Assembly: GCF_004010195.1 (NCBI RefSeq)
Contig: NC_057718.1
Span: 31,928,183-31,992,182, forward strand
Reading direction: 5' to 3'
Origin: Chiloscyllium plagiosum
Lineage: Eukaryota
DNA: 64,000 nucleotides
Below the pieces are notes generated by a model that was not told the origin of the DNA, ran no database searches, and saw only the letters and a program-made list of their open reading frames with translations. This document shows, in pieces, positions 1 to 12,319 of the stretch; the first letter of the stretch is position 1, and every line of letters begins with the position of its first letter. The translations under genes were made by a program, and so were the position numbers.

Positions 1-2080
1 GGTGCGGGGTTGTGGGACTATGAGGTTGGAGGCGGTGGATGGGAGATCCCCCGAGGTGATGAGGTTATGGACGGTCTGGGAGATGATGGTTTGGTGGTGG
101 GGGGTGGGGTCATTAATGTACCAGAGCAAGAGCTATCCGGTGGGATATGAGTAATGCTGGAGGAATGAATGTTCCACGAAGAGACAGGTATACCTGCAGC
201 CTATGCAACATCCTTGGCCACACCTCTGAGTGGAAGAAAGTGAGGGGAGTTAAAGAACATGTTATTTAGAGTGAGGATGAGCTCAGCTAGTCCGGTGGGA
301 GACGGGGACAGTTCAGGCTTATGCTCAAGAAAGAAGCAGAGCGCACTCAGACCATCCTCTTGGCAGACAGATGTGTAGAGGGACTCCATGGTAAAGAGGA
401 AGCCCCTGGTGTAAGCAAACTGGAAATTTTGACACTGACATAAAGCATCAGATGATTCACATATGTAAGTGGAAAAGAATTGGACAAGGGCAGAGAAAAT
501 TGAGCTAGGTAGGAAGAAATAAGTTCAGTGGGGCAGGAACAGGCTGAAACGACAGATGTGACCATGCAATCCTGTTTGTGGATTTTGGGAAGAAGGTAGT
601 AGCAGTCTATCCAGGATTGGGATACTATGAGTTGGGAAGCTATGGGGCATAAATCCCCAGATTAAACAAAGACCACGGTCATTGAAACAATAGCTTGATG
701 TTCACTGACGTGGTCATGGTCCAGTAGGAGATAAGAGGGGTCCAGGTAGAATAATGCAAGATATATAACATCAGCACCACCCTTGTCAGCAATTTGATTA
801 CAAAGTCAGGGATAGATCTGCCTGGCTACCAATTTCAGTTACAAACTTGCTGACTCCCACAGTTACCTTGACTATACTTCCTCACACCCTGCTTCCTGCA
901 AGGACTCCATCCCATTCTCCCAGTTTCTCCAGCTACATTGCACCTGTTATGATAATGCCACCTTCCTCAGGGGGAGCGTTAGATGTTTCAGGGTTCCATA
1001 TTGTCGTGGTTGTCAGAGCCTTCAGCCATACTCAATCCATTCCTGCACTTTTGCTCTCGCGCATTCCTTTCCTTCCCACAACAAAATTAGGTTCCCCTTG
1101 GTTTCCACCCCACTAGCCACCACATCCAAAAGAATCACAAGATGCCATTTCCACCATCTCTTGCAAGATGCCACCACGAGATATACAAGACCATAAGTAG
1201 AAGGAACAGAAGTGGTAATTCCTCTCCCCTGCAGGATCAGTTCCCTCTGACACATGGGACATTCTGGCCCAGTCCTCCTCTGCACCCTACACATCCACAC
1301 ACTCCTACTGCATCTTCCCAGGCAATTGCAGAAGATAGAACACTTGCCTGTCTACATCCTCTCTCCTTCACTATTTACAGCCCAAGACACATCTTCCCAG
1401 TGAAGCAGCAATTTATTTACACTTCATTCAATCCAATCTACTGTATTCGTCGCTTACAAGACATTCTCTTTTGCGCTGGGGAGACTAAAAGCAGACTGGG
1501 TAATTACTTTGCCAAATACCTGCTCTCTATCCAAAAACGTTACCCCAGGTTTCTCGCCTGCCACTTCAACATACCTCAGTGTTCCCAAGTCAGCATTTTA
1601 ATATAAGGCAAACTGCTGTCCTCCAGCAAAGCTCAATGCAAGCTGGAGGAACACCACCTCAGCTTCTGCCTCAGTCCCTTATATAGCCTACAAGACTCAA
1701 TATTGAGTTTAATAAATACAGAATGTGAACCCTCCCCCTGTCTTTTGTTCACTCCCTTCCCCAGAGCCCTAGGTGCTGTCCTGTATGGGCTGCTCCCAGT
1801 ATAGATAACCCATTTCAAACATTCACACTTCCCATTAGCAGCCCACCAAGCTATTATTTCTCTTTCAGCTTATCAGCAATCGCTTTTCTTTTTTCGGGAC
1901 TTTCTCTGGGCACTACCTCCATTTGCTCTATTCTCTAGACCATCCACCCAAACTGTGATCAGTCTAATTTACCCTTCTCCAACTATCTTCAATTCTGACA
2001 TAGATCACTGAGTCAAAACTTTAACTATTTTCTCTCTACAGATATTGCCATACCAGCTGTTTCTCTGACACACCTTTATT
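1..2080. mobile_element. Degenerate PLE remains (Neptune-type) with 5' inversion
   Basis: Minus-strand RT pieces at ~120-820 (MESLYTSV, ELILTLNNMFFNSPHF). Plus-strand RT thumb/GIY-YIG pieces from ~820 (DSHSYLDYTSSHP, IYCIR..GETK), then a pLTR-like end. Confidence 0.8.
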
Positions 2081-2460
2081 GTGTAAGGGAGAGGTAAAAG
2101 TTGCTTTTGATAGATACTTTGAGAAAGCGAGGGAGGGTAGCAGCTAGCAAAAAGTGACACCATCTCTACTAATAGCATTCCTCTCTCCAGAGAGGTGCTC
2201 ACACAAATACTGCTCCACTTCATCACCACTCTTCATTTACCAGATACTATTGCTCACTGAAGGAGATATCAGCGCTAGTAAAACTTACCACGATTATTTT
2301 CCACACAAGATCTCAGTGTTGTCTCTGCAGGTCTCTGGTCTAGGTGCCGGTCAGCTGCTCTGTCCCCACTGCCACTCTGTTTCTGAATTCTGCTTTGTCC
2401 CTGATGCCCCTCTATCAATGTACTGCTCTGTTGGGATGTCACTCTGTCAAAGCCCACTTC

Positions 2461-2633
2461 TGTCAGGGTGCCACTCTGCCCCCTGGTGCCCCTCTCTCAG
2501 AGTGTCACTCTGCCCCCTGGTGTCCCTCTCTCAGAGTGTCACTCTGCCCCCGGTGCCCCTCTACCACTCTCTCAGAAGTCCACTTTGCCCCCGGTGCCCC
2601 TCTCACAGAGTGCCACTCTGCCCCTGGTGTACC
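2461..2633. repeat. Minisatellite, ~34-bp unit, ~5 copies
   Basis: Repeating gtgycactctgccccctggtgyccctctctcaga. Confidence 0.9.
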
Positions 2634-2679
2634 AGTGTACCAGCCCCTTCTCTCGGAGTACTGCTCTGCACCCTAGTAC

Positions 2680-3178
2680 CGGTATCTCTCAGGATATTCC
2701 TTGTTCAGAGCCCGCTCTCAGCATCCACGCTGCTGTCTTGCTGCGACGTCAGTTCCGCCTGCTGGCGCGATCCACTACGGTCAAAGACGAGGGGGAGACA
2801 TTTTATAATCAAAACTTTTAATTTTCAGTTATTCTTGCTTACAGGAAACATTATTACTTCACAATTAAGATTTCTATCCACTAAAGATAGTGTGAATCTA
2901 TCCGAAGCCTCTCTAAAGTAACTATGAATACTGTACATCCCCTCCCATCGCTCCCTCGGTGTGGACTGTTCTGTTAACCCGCCATGGTTTGGGGGCGGGG
3001 CTTTGATAACCGGCGCAGGCGCAGTAATTGTCGTGTTAACTGCACCTTAAGGTGAGGGGGAATGTTTAATGTCCGACCTTGCGCAGACTGGCCGTACTCA
3101 GTAACGTCATCCTTACCCACGTGACCCTCTGGACAATGCCCTCGAAGCGGCTTGGAGGGGATGCCAATGGCATTCTGG
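2680..3178. promoter_or_regulatory. CpG-enriched housekeeping-type promoter; possible non-coding first exon of a minus-strand gene
   Basis: CRE-like GACGTCA near 2745, YY1-like CCGCCAT 2979, GC box 2991-3000, NRF1-like GCGCAGGCGCA 3013-3023, E-box CACGTG 3118, CCAAT 3164. Possible minus-strand donors near 2679 and 2288. Confidence 0.55.
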
Positions 3179-5097
3179 GTCAGAAGGGACTCGCTGGACA
3201 AAGATCTGGGCAACGGGGGAAAAAAATACACCCAATGCCACCCTCACCCTGATGGCCACCTTTGTGTGTGGCTGCATCAAGCTGTGCGTGGATCCCCGGT
3301 ACGCAAACACCAAGTGTCACTATGTACTGAGGTTCTACCTGTCCCCGGTGTTGCGAAGGATGGGCCTGGCCTCGCCGCCGCGGAACACTCTGAGTGGTTG
3401 GACCGTTCCATACCACCTGTCCTTCGTGGAGAAATTTATCAAGAAAAACACCTTTGACCACAAGTCCATCAGAAAATGGTCAGCACGTAGTGTCCTTGAG
3501 ACCCTTCGGGAAAAGGAGAGAGCAGATCCTATCGAGCGGTTCCCTGAGCAGACTGTCAAAGCCATTTGGCAGAATGCCTCATCGCCAGAACTTTCCAACA
3601 AGCACCAAGACATGGCTTACCTAGTGGTGAGAAGGGCTCTGCCTGTGAGATCATTTATGCACGCCCGGACTCTCTGCCGCACAGCACGCTGCCCTCAAAG
3701 CAGCTGAGGGGGGGGAGCGAGACTGTCACACACCTTCTGGAATGTGTCTATGCAGAAGAGGTCTGGAGAGGAATGCAGTGGNNNNNNNNNNNNNNNNNNN
3801 NNNNNNNNNNNNNNNNNNNNNNNNNNNNNNNNNNNNNNNNNNNNNNNNNNNNNNNNNNNNNNNNNNNNNNNNNACACCTAATGCCACCCTCACCCTGATG
3901 GCCACCTTTGTGTGTGGCTGCATTATGCTGTGCGTGGATCCCCGGTACGCAAACACCAAGTGTCACTACATACTGTGGTTCTACCTGTCCCGGGTGTTGC
4001 GAAGGATGGGCCTGGCCTCGCTGTCGCGGAACGCTCCGAGTAGTTGGACTGTTCCGTATCACCTGTCCTTCGTGGAGAAATTTATGAAGAAAAACACCTT
4101 TGACCACAAGTCCATTAGGAAGTGGTCAGCACGTAGTGTCCTTGAGACCCTTCGGGAAAAGGAGAGGGCGGATCCTATCGAGCGGTTCCCTGAGCAGACT
4201 GTCAAAGCCATTTGGCAGAATGCCTCATCGCCAGAGCTTTCCAACAAGCACCAAGACATGGCTTGTGCCTGGAGGATCATCAACTCGGTGAAGGACGCTC
4301 TCTGGGTGGTCCGAAACCTGCTGATCTTCCAGCTGAAGGAGTTGAACCCGACTGAGTGCTGCAGTCTGGCACATTCCAAGGTCCAGGACTACGTGTTGAG
4401 GGATGCGCTGGAGCTTGGGGCAGCTGCCGCCAAGGCGCGGTGGGGGAAGACCACTGTGTAAGGTCTGCCTGCCTAACGAAGAACAGGGGGCCCATGCAGT
4501 CATTTGGGCTCTGCTGACGCCTCAGCTAATTATATGGGCATATGATTGAAAAATGTACAGACCTGTATAAAAATGATAAGTTTTGATCTCTGTATGTACA
4601 TGTTTACATATGTATGGCATGACCAACTGTACAGACCATCAAATTATTTATGAATAAAGTATATTTTTGAAATTAAAAAAAAATGCCAATGACATTCTGG
4701 GTCAGAAAGGACTCGCTATACAAAGATCTGGGCAACGGGGGAAAAAAATACACCTTTGTGTGTGGCTGCATCAAGCTGTGCGTGGATCCCCGGTACGCAA
4801 ACACCAAGTGTCACTACGTACTGAGGTTCTACCTGTCCCCGGCTGCCGCCAAGGCGCGGTGAGGAAAGACCCTTGTGTAAAGTCTGCCTGCCTAACGAAG
4901 AACAGGGGGCCCATGCAGCCATTTGGGCTCTGCTGACGCCTCAGCTAATTATGTGGGTATATGATTGAAAAATGTACAGACCTGTATAAAAATGATAAAT
5001 TCTGATCTCTGTATGTACATGTTTACATATGTATGGCATGACCAACTGTACAGACCAAATTATTTTATGAATAAATTATATTTTTGAAATAAAAAAA
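3179..5097 (+). mobile_element. Tandem 5'-truncated Tx1-clade (L1 group) retrotransposon copies
   Basis: ORF2 C-terminus with zinc-binding region (RRALPVRSFMHAR..C..ETVTHLLEC..VW), 3' UTR, AATAAA and A-tails at ~4680 and ~5097. 18-bp TSD ATGCCAATGGCATTCTGG at 3161, 4683 and 5098. Confidence 0.88.
3782..3873. other. Assembly gap
   Basis: Run of N. Confidence 1.
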
Positions 5098-5329
5098 ATG
5101 CTAATGGCATTCTGGAAGCACACGTGACATTTAGGCGAAAGGTTTGAAGCTTTGGACAGACACGTGGGAACCAGTCAATACATATCTGTTTGGTATTGTG
5201 TGTGTCTGTGTGGGAGAGTGTTGTGGGAAGAGCATTTGAACATTGGGCTGTTGGAAAGGTTGGGTTTTATTTAAGTTTCTGGTCCCTCTGCTTCAACAGT
5301 GTTAGTATTTTAGCAAAACGTAGGAGCAA

Positions 5330-5717
5330 TTTGTTGCAGATGCTGCAATCTGTACTGAAAACAACAGCAGGTCAGACAGCATCCAGCACCCTCTAATTTT
5401 AACTCTAATCTCCAGGATCCACTTTCCCCCATCCATGGAGAGAGAGCAAGCTAAGGTTTCGAGCCTGGATGATTCTTCATATGAAGTAAAGTTTGCAGGG
5501 GGCAGCGTTTATACTACAGTTGGGGTGGGGGTGGTGGATGCACAGTGCTTGGGAGGGTTAAAGGATTTTAATCATTCAGATTCAGTGATTTGAGAATGAC
5601 AGGATAATTGTGTGTCTAACTGCCAGGCTGGAAAGGACAGGCAATCCCATTAGGGTGGGGGAAGGGGTGAGAGGACATGGTGACAGTGAATGTAACAAGC
5701 AATGCTGAAACGGGAGT
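5330..5717 (-). mobile_element. Left (inverted) pLTR arm of an old fold-back PLE
   Basis: Reverse complement of ~11170-11460; degenerate hammerhead at ~5450-5482. Confidence 0.75.
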
Positions 5718-6710
5718 CAAAAAAGTGCGGTGCTGGAAAAGCACAGCTGGTTAGGCAGCATCCGAGTAGCAGGAGAGTCAACATTTCAAGCATAATCTCT
5801 TCGTCATGAATGTGGGGGTGGCCCAAGGGGTCTGAGAGATAAATGGGAGGGGGGGTGGTGCTGGAGGGAAGGTAGCTGGGACTGCAGTAGGTGGATGAAG
5901 GTGGGGTTGATAGATTAGAGAGGAGGGTGTAGTGGGATAGGTAGGAGTGTAGGGTGGTGCCGGGTTGAAGGGTCGGATCTGGGATAAGATGGGGGGAGGG
6001 GAGATGAGGAAACTGGTGATATTGACATTGATTCCGTGTGGTTGGAGGGTCCCAAGGCAGAAGTTGAGGTGTTCTTCCAATCTTCGGGTGGCTAAGATTT
6101 GCCGGTGGAGGAGGCCTAGGACTTGCATGTCCTTGGCAGAGTGGGACGGGGAGTTCAAGTGATCAACCACAGGGTGGTGGGGTTGTTTAGTGCGTGTATC
6201 CCAGAGATATTCCCTGAAACATTTCACAAGTTGGCATTCTGTTTCCCCAGTGTAGAGCAGTCCACATCGATAGCAATGGACACAGTAGATGAGGTGTTTG
6301 GAGCTACAGGAAAATCTCTGCAGGATGTGGAAGGATGCTTTGGGTCTTTGGTTGGAGGTGAAAGAAGAGGTATGGGTTCAGGTTTTACACCTCTTGCAGT
6401 AGCAAGGGAAGGTACCAGGAGTGGAGGATGGGTTGGTGGGGGGCATGGACCTAAGGAAGAAGGGATACACGGAGGGAATGGTCTCTGTGGAATGCTGAAA
6501 GGGGTGGGGAAGGAAATATATCAATGGTGGTGCAGTCTGACTGTAGGTGGTGGAATGTGTATTATATCCAGAGGTTGGTGGAGTGGAAGATGAGGACCAA
6601 GAGGGTTCTGTCCTTGTTGTGTTTGGAGGGTTGGGGTTCAAGGGTGGAGGTGCAGGAAGTGGAGGAGTTGCACTGGAGGGCATTTTGACCACATGGGAGG
6701 AGAAATTGCA
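5718..6710 (-). mobile_element. Neptune-type PLE, 3' part (pLTR + GIY-YIG)
   Basis: GTFPCYCKRCKT linker and FREYLWDTR..HPVVDHLNSPSHS..LGTLQPHGIN; TSD GCTGAAAYGGGAGT at 5704 and 10375. Confidence 0.88.
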
Positions 6711-7977
6711 GTCATAGAGATGTACAGTACAGAAACAGACTCTTCAGTCCAACTTCTCCATGCTGACCAGATATCCCAACCCAATCTAGTCCCACCTGCC
6801 AACACTCGGCCCATATACCTCCAAACCTTTCCTATTCATATACCCATCCAGGTGCCTTTTAAATGTTGCAATTGTACCAGTCTCCAACACTTCCTCTGGC
6901 AGCTCATTCCATACCCTCTGTGTGAAAATATTGCCCCTTAGATCTCTTTTACATCTTTCCCTTCTCACCCTAAACCTATGCCCTTTAGTTCTGGACTCCC
7001 CCACCCCAGAGAAGAGGCTTAGTCTATTTATCCTATCCGTGCCCCTCATGATTTTATAAACCTCTATAAGGTCACTTCTCAGCCTCTGATGCTCCAGAGA
7101 AAATAGCCCCAGCCTGTTCAGCCTCTCCTTAAAGCTGAAATCCTCCAATCCTGGTAACATCCTGCTAAGTCTTTTCTGAACCCTTTCAAGGTTTACAATA
7201 TGTTTCCGATATTGCATGCAGTATTCCAAAAGTGGCCTAACCAATGTGCTGTGCAGGGTAAAAACAATGACTGCAGATGCTGGAAACCAGATTCTGGATT
7301 AGTGGTGCTGGAAGAGCACAGCAGTTCAGGCAGCATCCGAGGAGCAGTAAAATCGACGTTTCAGGCAAAAGCCCTTCATCGGGAATAAAGGCAGAGAGTC
7401 TGAAGCGTGGAGAGATAAGCTAGAGGAGTGTGGGGGTGGGGAGAAAGTAACATAGAGTACAATGCTTCCTCCAGGCGTCTGGTGGTGAGGGAGCGGCGGT
7501 GAAGGAGGCCCAGAACCTCCATGTCCTCGGCAGAGTGGGAGGGGAAGTTGAAATGTTGGGCCACGGGGCGGTATGGTTGATTGGTGCGGGTGTCCGAGAG
7601 ATTTTCCCTAAAGTGCTCTGCTAGGAGGCGCCCTGTCTCCCCAATGTAGAGGAGATCGCATCGTGACAACGGATACAATAAATGATATTGGTGGATGTGC
7701 AGGTAAAACTTTGATGGATGTGGAAGGCTCCTTTAGGGCCATGGATGGAGGTGAGGGAAGAGGTATGGGCGCAGGTTTTGCAGTTTCTGCAGTGGCAGGG
7801 GAAGGTGCCAGGATGGGAGGGTGGGTTGTAGGGGGACGTGGACCTGACCAGGTAGTCCCGGGGGGAACGGTCTTTGCGGAAGGCTCCTGTGCAGCTGCAA
7901 CATGACCTCCCAACTCCTGTACTCAATACTCTGACCAATAAAGGAAAGCATACTAAATGCTTTCTTCACTATCCTTT
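6711..7977 (-). mobile_element. CR1-type LINE 3' fragment, split by a younger PLE at 7257-7886
   Basis: LVRPLLEYC..LERVQKR..ERLNRLGLFSLE..DLIEVYKIM; sequence resumes at 7887. Confidence 0.9.
7257..7886 (-). mobile_element. Young 5'-truncated Neptune-type PLE
   Basis: GTFPCHCRNCKTC..NIIYCIRC..LLYIGETGRLLAEHFRE; TSD CTGTGCAG at 7249 and 7887; hammerhead-like motif at ~7352-7386. Confidence 0.9.
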
Positions 7978-8748
7978 GTCTTTGAAGTAGGAGGCCATCT
8001 GGGATGTTCTGGAGTGGAATTGGATCTCCTGAGAGCAGATGCGGCGGAGGTAGAGGAATTGGGAGTGCAGAATAGCATTTTTACTGGGGGGGGAGGGAGG
8101 TGGGAGGAGGGAAGAGGTGTACTTCTGATAGCTGTGGGAGTCATTGGGTTTGAAGTAGATATCTGTGTAGAGTCGAAAGCCAGAAATAGAGATGGAGAGG
8201 TCCAGGAAGTGGAGGGAGCTGTTCGAAATGGTCCACGTGTGGGTGAAGTTGATGAACTGTTCAGCCTCTTCATGGGAGCACGACGTGGCGCCTCTACATT
8301 CATCAATGTAGTGGAGAAAAAGATGGGGAATAGTGTCAGTGTAACTGTTCCACATACCTGACGAAGAGTCAGGCATAGCTGGGGCCTTTGCGTGTCCCCA
8401 TAGCTACCGCTTTGGTCTGAAGGAAGTGGCAGCATTCAAAGGAGAAATATTTGAGGGTGAGGACCAGTTCGGCCAATCAAATGAGTGTGTCAGTAAAAGG
8501 GTACCGGTTGGCTTGGCAGGAGAGGAAGAAATGGAGGACTTGGAGGCCGACGTGTAGGATGTGTACAGGGACTGGATGTCCATGGTGAAGATGAGGCATT
8601 TGGAGCCGGGGAACCGAAAGTCATGGAGGAGGTGGAGGGCATGTTTGGTGTCCTGAATGTATGTGGGGAGATCTTGGAACAACGGGACAGGACAGTGTCA
8701 AGTTATGAGGAGGTCATTTCAGTGGGGCAGGAGGAGGCAGAGACGTTG
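7978..8748 (-). mobile_element. Same PLE, RT core
   Basis: LIFTMDIQSLYT (motif A), FLHYIDEC (motif C, YIDD to YIDE), LHFLDLSI, TDIYFKPNDSHSY. Confidence 0.9.
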
Positions 8749-10055
8749 AGTCATAGAGATGTACAAAATGGAAACGGACCCTTTGGTCCAACTTGTCCAT
8801 GTCGACCAGATATCCCAACCCAATCTAGTCTGACTTAGACAATAGACAATAGGTGCAGGAGTAGGCCATTCAGCCCTTCGAGCCTGCACTGCCATTCAAT
8901 ATGATCATGGCTGATCATTCCTAATCAGTATCCTCTTCCTGCCTTATCTCCATAACCCTTTGAGAGCTCTATCCAACTCTTTCTTAAATGAATCCAGAGA
9001 CTGGGCCTCCACTGCCCTCTGGGGCAGAGCATTCCACACAGCCACCACTCTCTGGGTGAAGAAGTTTCTCCTCATCTCTGTCCTAAATGGTCTACCCCGT
9101 ATTTTTAAGCTGTGTCCTCTGGTTCAGCACTCACCCATCAGCAGAAACATGTTTCCTGCCTCCAGAGTGTCCAATCCTTTAATAAGGATTTAATAATCAA
9201 ACCCAATGAAGCAAAGGGAGGGAGAGATGCTGAAGAAGCTGGAGGAAAAGGAATAGCAAGCTTGGGGGAAGGAGTCATAGGGTTGAGAATGTTCAAGAGA
9301 TAGGGAATAGCAAAAGAAGATTTAACCTGAATAAGAATTTTCTGTTTAAGTGTTAGGTTTGCTGATTAATGCAATTCAGCAACCAAACTCTTCCTATTCA
9401 TATACCCATCCAAATGCCTTTTAAATGTTGCAATTGTACCAGCCTCCACCACTTCCTCCAACAGCTAATTCCATACACGTACCACCCTCTGTGTGAAAAA
9501 GTTGCCCCTTAGGTCCCTTTTATATCTTTCCTCTTTCACCATAAATCTAAGCCCTCTAGTTCTGGACACCCCCACCCCAGGGAAAAGATTTTGTCTATGT
9601 ATCCTATCCATGCCCCTCATGATTTTATAAACCTCTATAAGGTCACTCCCTCAGCCTCCGACACTCCAGCCCCAGCCTATTCAACCTCTCCTTATAGCTC
9701 AAATCCTCCAACCCTGGCAACATCCTTGTAAATCTTTTCTGAACCTTTCAACTTTCACAACACCTTTCCAATAGGAAGGAGACCAGAATTGCATGCAATA
9801 TTCCAACAATGACCTGGCCAAGGTACTGTACGGCCGCAGCACGGTGTCCCAACTCCTGTACTCAATACTCTGACAATAAAAGAAAGCATACCAAACACCT
9901 TCTTCACTATCCTTTCTACCTGCGACTCCACTTTCACAGAGCAATGAACCTGCACTCCAAGGTCAATTTGTTCAGCAACACTCCCTAGGACCTTACCATT
10001 ACGTGTATAAGTCCTGATAAGATTTGCTTTTCCAAAATGTAGCACCTCACATTTC
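8749..10055 (-). mobile_element. CR1-type LINE with a second CR1 subfamily inserted (~8837-9185)
   Basis: Typical 3' tail (gtcatagagatgtac..) and KCEVLHFGKAN..DLGVQVH..LKVESQV-like peptide. A distinct tail (agacaatagacaatagg) starts at 8837. Confidence 0.88.
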
Positions 10056-10374
10056 CGGGACAGTCCAGTTTGTGAAGTTTGGGTAAGAGGTAGAATCAGG
10101 TGGTGCAGTGTTCCCAGACTATGAGGTTGAAGGCTGTGGATGGGAGATCCCCTGCGTTGATGAGGTTGTATGGTCTTGGAGATGATTGTTTGGTGATGGG
10201 AGGTGAGGTCATGGTCGAGGGGGGCAGTAGGAGGTCCGTGAGTTGCCACCTGTCTTCAGCGTTGTACAGGTCGATGTGCCAAACTAACACAACACAGCCC
10301 CCCCACTTCTTGTCCACTGGTTTGATGGTGAGGTTGAAGCGGAGGAAGTGGAAGGCTGTGCATTGTGAGGGTTA
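10056..10374 (-). mobile_element. Same PLE, RT N-terminal part
   Basis: DKKWGGCVVLVWHIDLYNAE (PADKGGAVVVW-like) and LINAGDLPSTAFNLIV. Confidence 0.8.
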
Positions 10375-11460
10375 GCTGAAATGGGAGTTGGTTCACAATT
10401 TCAATGTGTTGGACGAAATATTTGAGTCCAGAAGGCTGAAGAGAACTTGGGCTAAAGATGAGATGTTTTTCCTCGAGTTTATTCTGCGATTCACTGGATC
10501 TGTTTGGATGATGCCACCTTCCAAAACAGTGGTGATGACATGGCTTGCTTCTTCTATAATTGGATTTTCCCTTCCACTGTGGTTGACAGGACCCTCAACC
10601 GCATCCGACCTATCTTCCATGCTTCCACCCTTGCCCCTTCCAATCACTCACAACAATTTCCATGTAACCACAGAAGGTGCTACACCTGCCCCTTCACCTC
10701 CTACCTACTTACTATCCAAGGGCCGAAACAGTCTTTCCAGCATTTCACCTATACCTCGTCCAATCTTGTGTATTGTATTTGCTGCACCCATTGTGGCCTA
10801 ATCTACATTGGAGAACACCTTCGGTCCGTGCATAAGCGTGACCCGACCTTCCCATAGTTACCTGATGATAGAACAGCAGTCTGAAAGGTACTGTTTCCAA
10901 ATAAACCTGTTATTCTATAACCTGGTGCCATGTTATTTTTAACTTTGTCCATCCCAGTCCAGCACCAGCACCTCCACATCATGGTTCCCATAGCTGATCA
11001 TTTCAACACAGCATCCTGCTTGCATGCCCACTTCTCTGTCCTTGGCATGCTGCAATGATCCAGCGAATCGTAGCACAAACTGGAGAAACAACATCTTCTC
11101 GGACTATGCACTTTACGTCTTCTGCACTTAATATTGAGTTCAATACTGTCAAATTGTGGACCAACTCCCATTTCTTCCTCTCCCCTCTGCCACCCCAGTG
11201 GAACTGTCTTCCTTTACAGTTGAGCAGTTATGCACCACAATTGTTCTGTCATTCTCACGTTCCGATCACTTAATCTGAACTATTAACACTCTTTCTCACC
11301 CAGCACTCTACACCCACCACTATCCTCCCCCAACTATAGCATAAATGCTGCCCCCTCCATACTTCATTCAGCTCTGATGAAGACTCATCTAAGCTTGAAA
11401 GATTAGCTTGCTATCTCTCCATGGATGCTGTGATATCCAGCATTTGTTGTTTTTAGTATT
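10375..11460 (+). mobile_element. Remainder of the old fold-back PLE (GIY-YIG + pLTR)
   Basis: 10375-10497 continues the minus arm. 10500-11130 encodes FPCNHRRCYTC..NLVYCICCTHCGLIYIGE. Hammerhead-like CTGATGA..GAAA at 11374-11400. Confidence 0.8.
10858..10984 (+). mobile_element. Mini PLE pLTR insertion (family B)
   Basis: Starts just before CTGATGA..GAAA; TSD TTCCCATAG at 10849 and 10985; homologous to 17299-17436 and 33118-33240. Confidence 0.75.
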
Positions 11461-12230
11461 ATAGCCTTCAACTGAGGTGGTAGATTCCAATTCCAACCCA
11501 AACTGCAAACTGGGATTAGAATGGCTAGGTGGTTCCTTTTGACCAGTGCAGACTCAATGGGTTGAAGGGCCTTTTTCTGTGCTGTCAGCATTTACTTTTC
11601 TCCTGACTATCTATCAGCAATCCCTTTGTCTGCTTTCCTTTCTTCTCTCTTTCTGGGCATCATCTCTATTTAACTTACTCTTCATCCCATGTCATCAGCA
11701 TAAGTACCACCTCCCTCCCAGCTGCTTTCAATTCAGACAAAGTGTCATTGGATTCAATGTTATCTCTGCTTTCCCTTCCACAGATGTTGCCAGACTTGCT
11801 CAATTTCTCCAGCTATTTCTGTTATTATCTCCAGCACTTTCTTTTTGTAACAGCCCAGAGACAGTGCAGGCACTCAATCTAAGGTACTCCAGACTGGCAT
11901 TTCAATATGCAAGTACTTAAAGCTTAAGATAAAGCAGTTGCCTTAGCTTGCATATGTACTCAACTGCATGGAACTACCAAAGAAGTTGCATAACTGAAAT
12001 TGTCTATTTGTGTGAAAATGTTCTTACTTAAGAATGTTGCTAATTTGAACATATATTAGCAATCAATTACATGCCCTAGCAACTGGTCAGTTTTCATAGC
12101 TGGTGTATAAAGGAGGAGACAAATTGACTGATAGTTTTGACCTATATTTATTGCAGTGGAAAGAAAAACGAACTGAAGAGAATGAATCCCCTTTAATTGA
12201 GGTTGAGAAGTACAGAAGTGTCTGGTGTTT

Positions 12231-12302
12231 TCCTTGTTAGTATTGTGGTTAGAATCCCTGCTTGTCACATGGGCATCTAGGATTCAATTCTCCAACAGCG
12301 AG
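12231..12302 (+). pseudogene. tRNA-Asp(GTC) pseudogene
   Basis: 72 nt colinear with vertebrate tRNA-Asp TCCTCGTTAGTATAGTGG..CTGTCAC..GTTCGATTCCCCGACGGGGAG. Anticodon GTC at 12264; about 19 substitutions by eye, many CpG transitions; B box decayed. Confidence 0.8.
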
Positions 12303-12319
12303 GACAGTTTATCTTGGTG

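Noticed and set aside
2154..2921. 255-aa ORF
   Set aside because: Stays open because of the minisatellite; no domain recognised.
2974..2990. Minus-strand accATGg with perfect Kozak context
   Set aside because: Encodes only M-A-G-stop; not an SRBD1 start.
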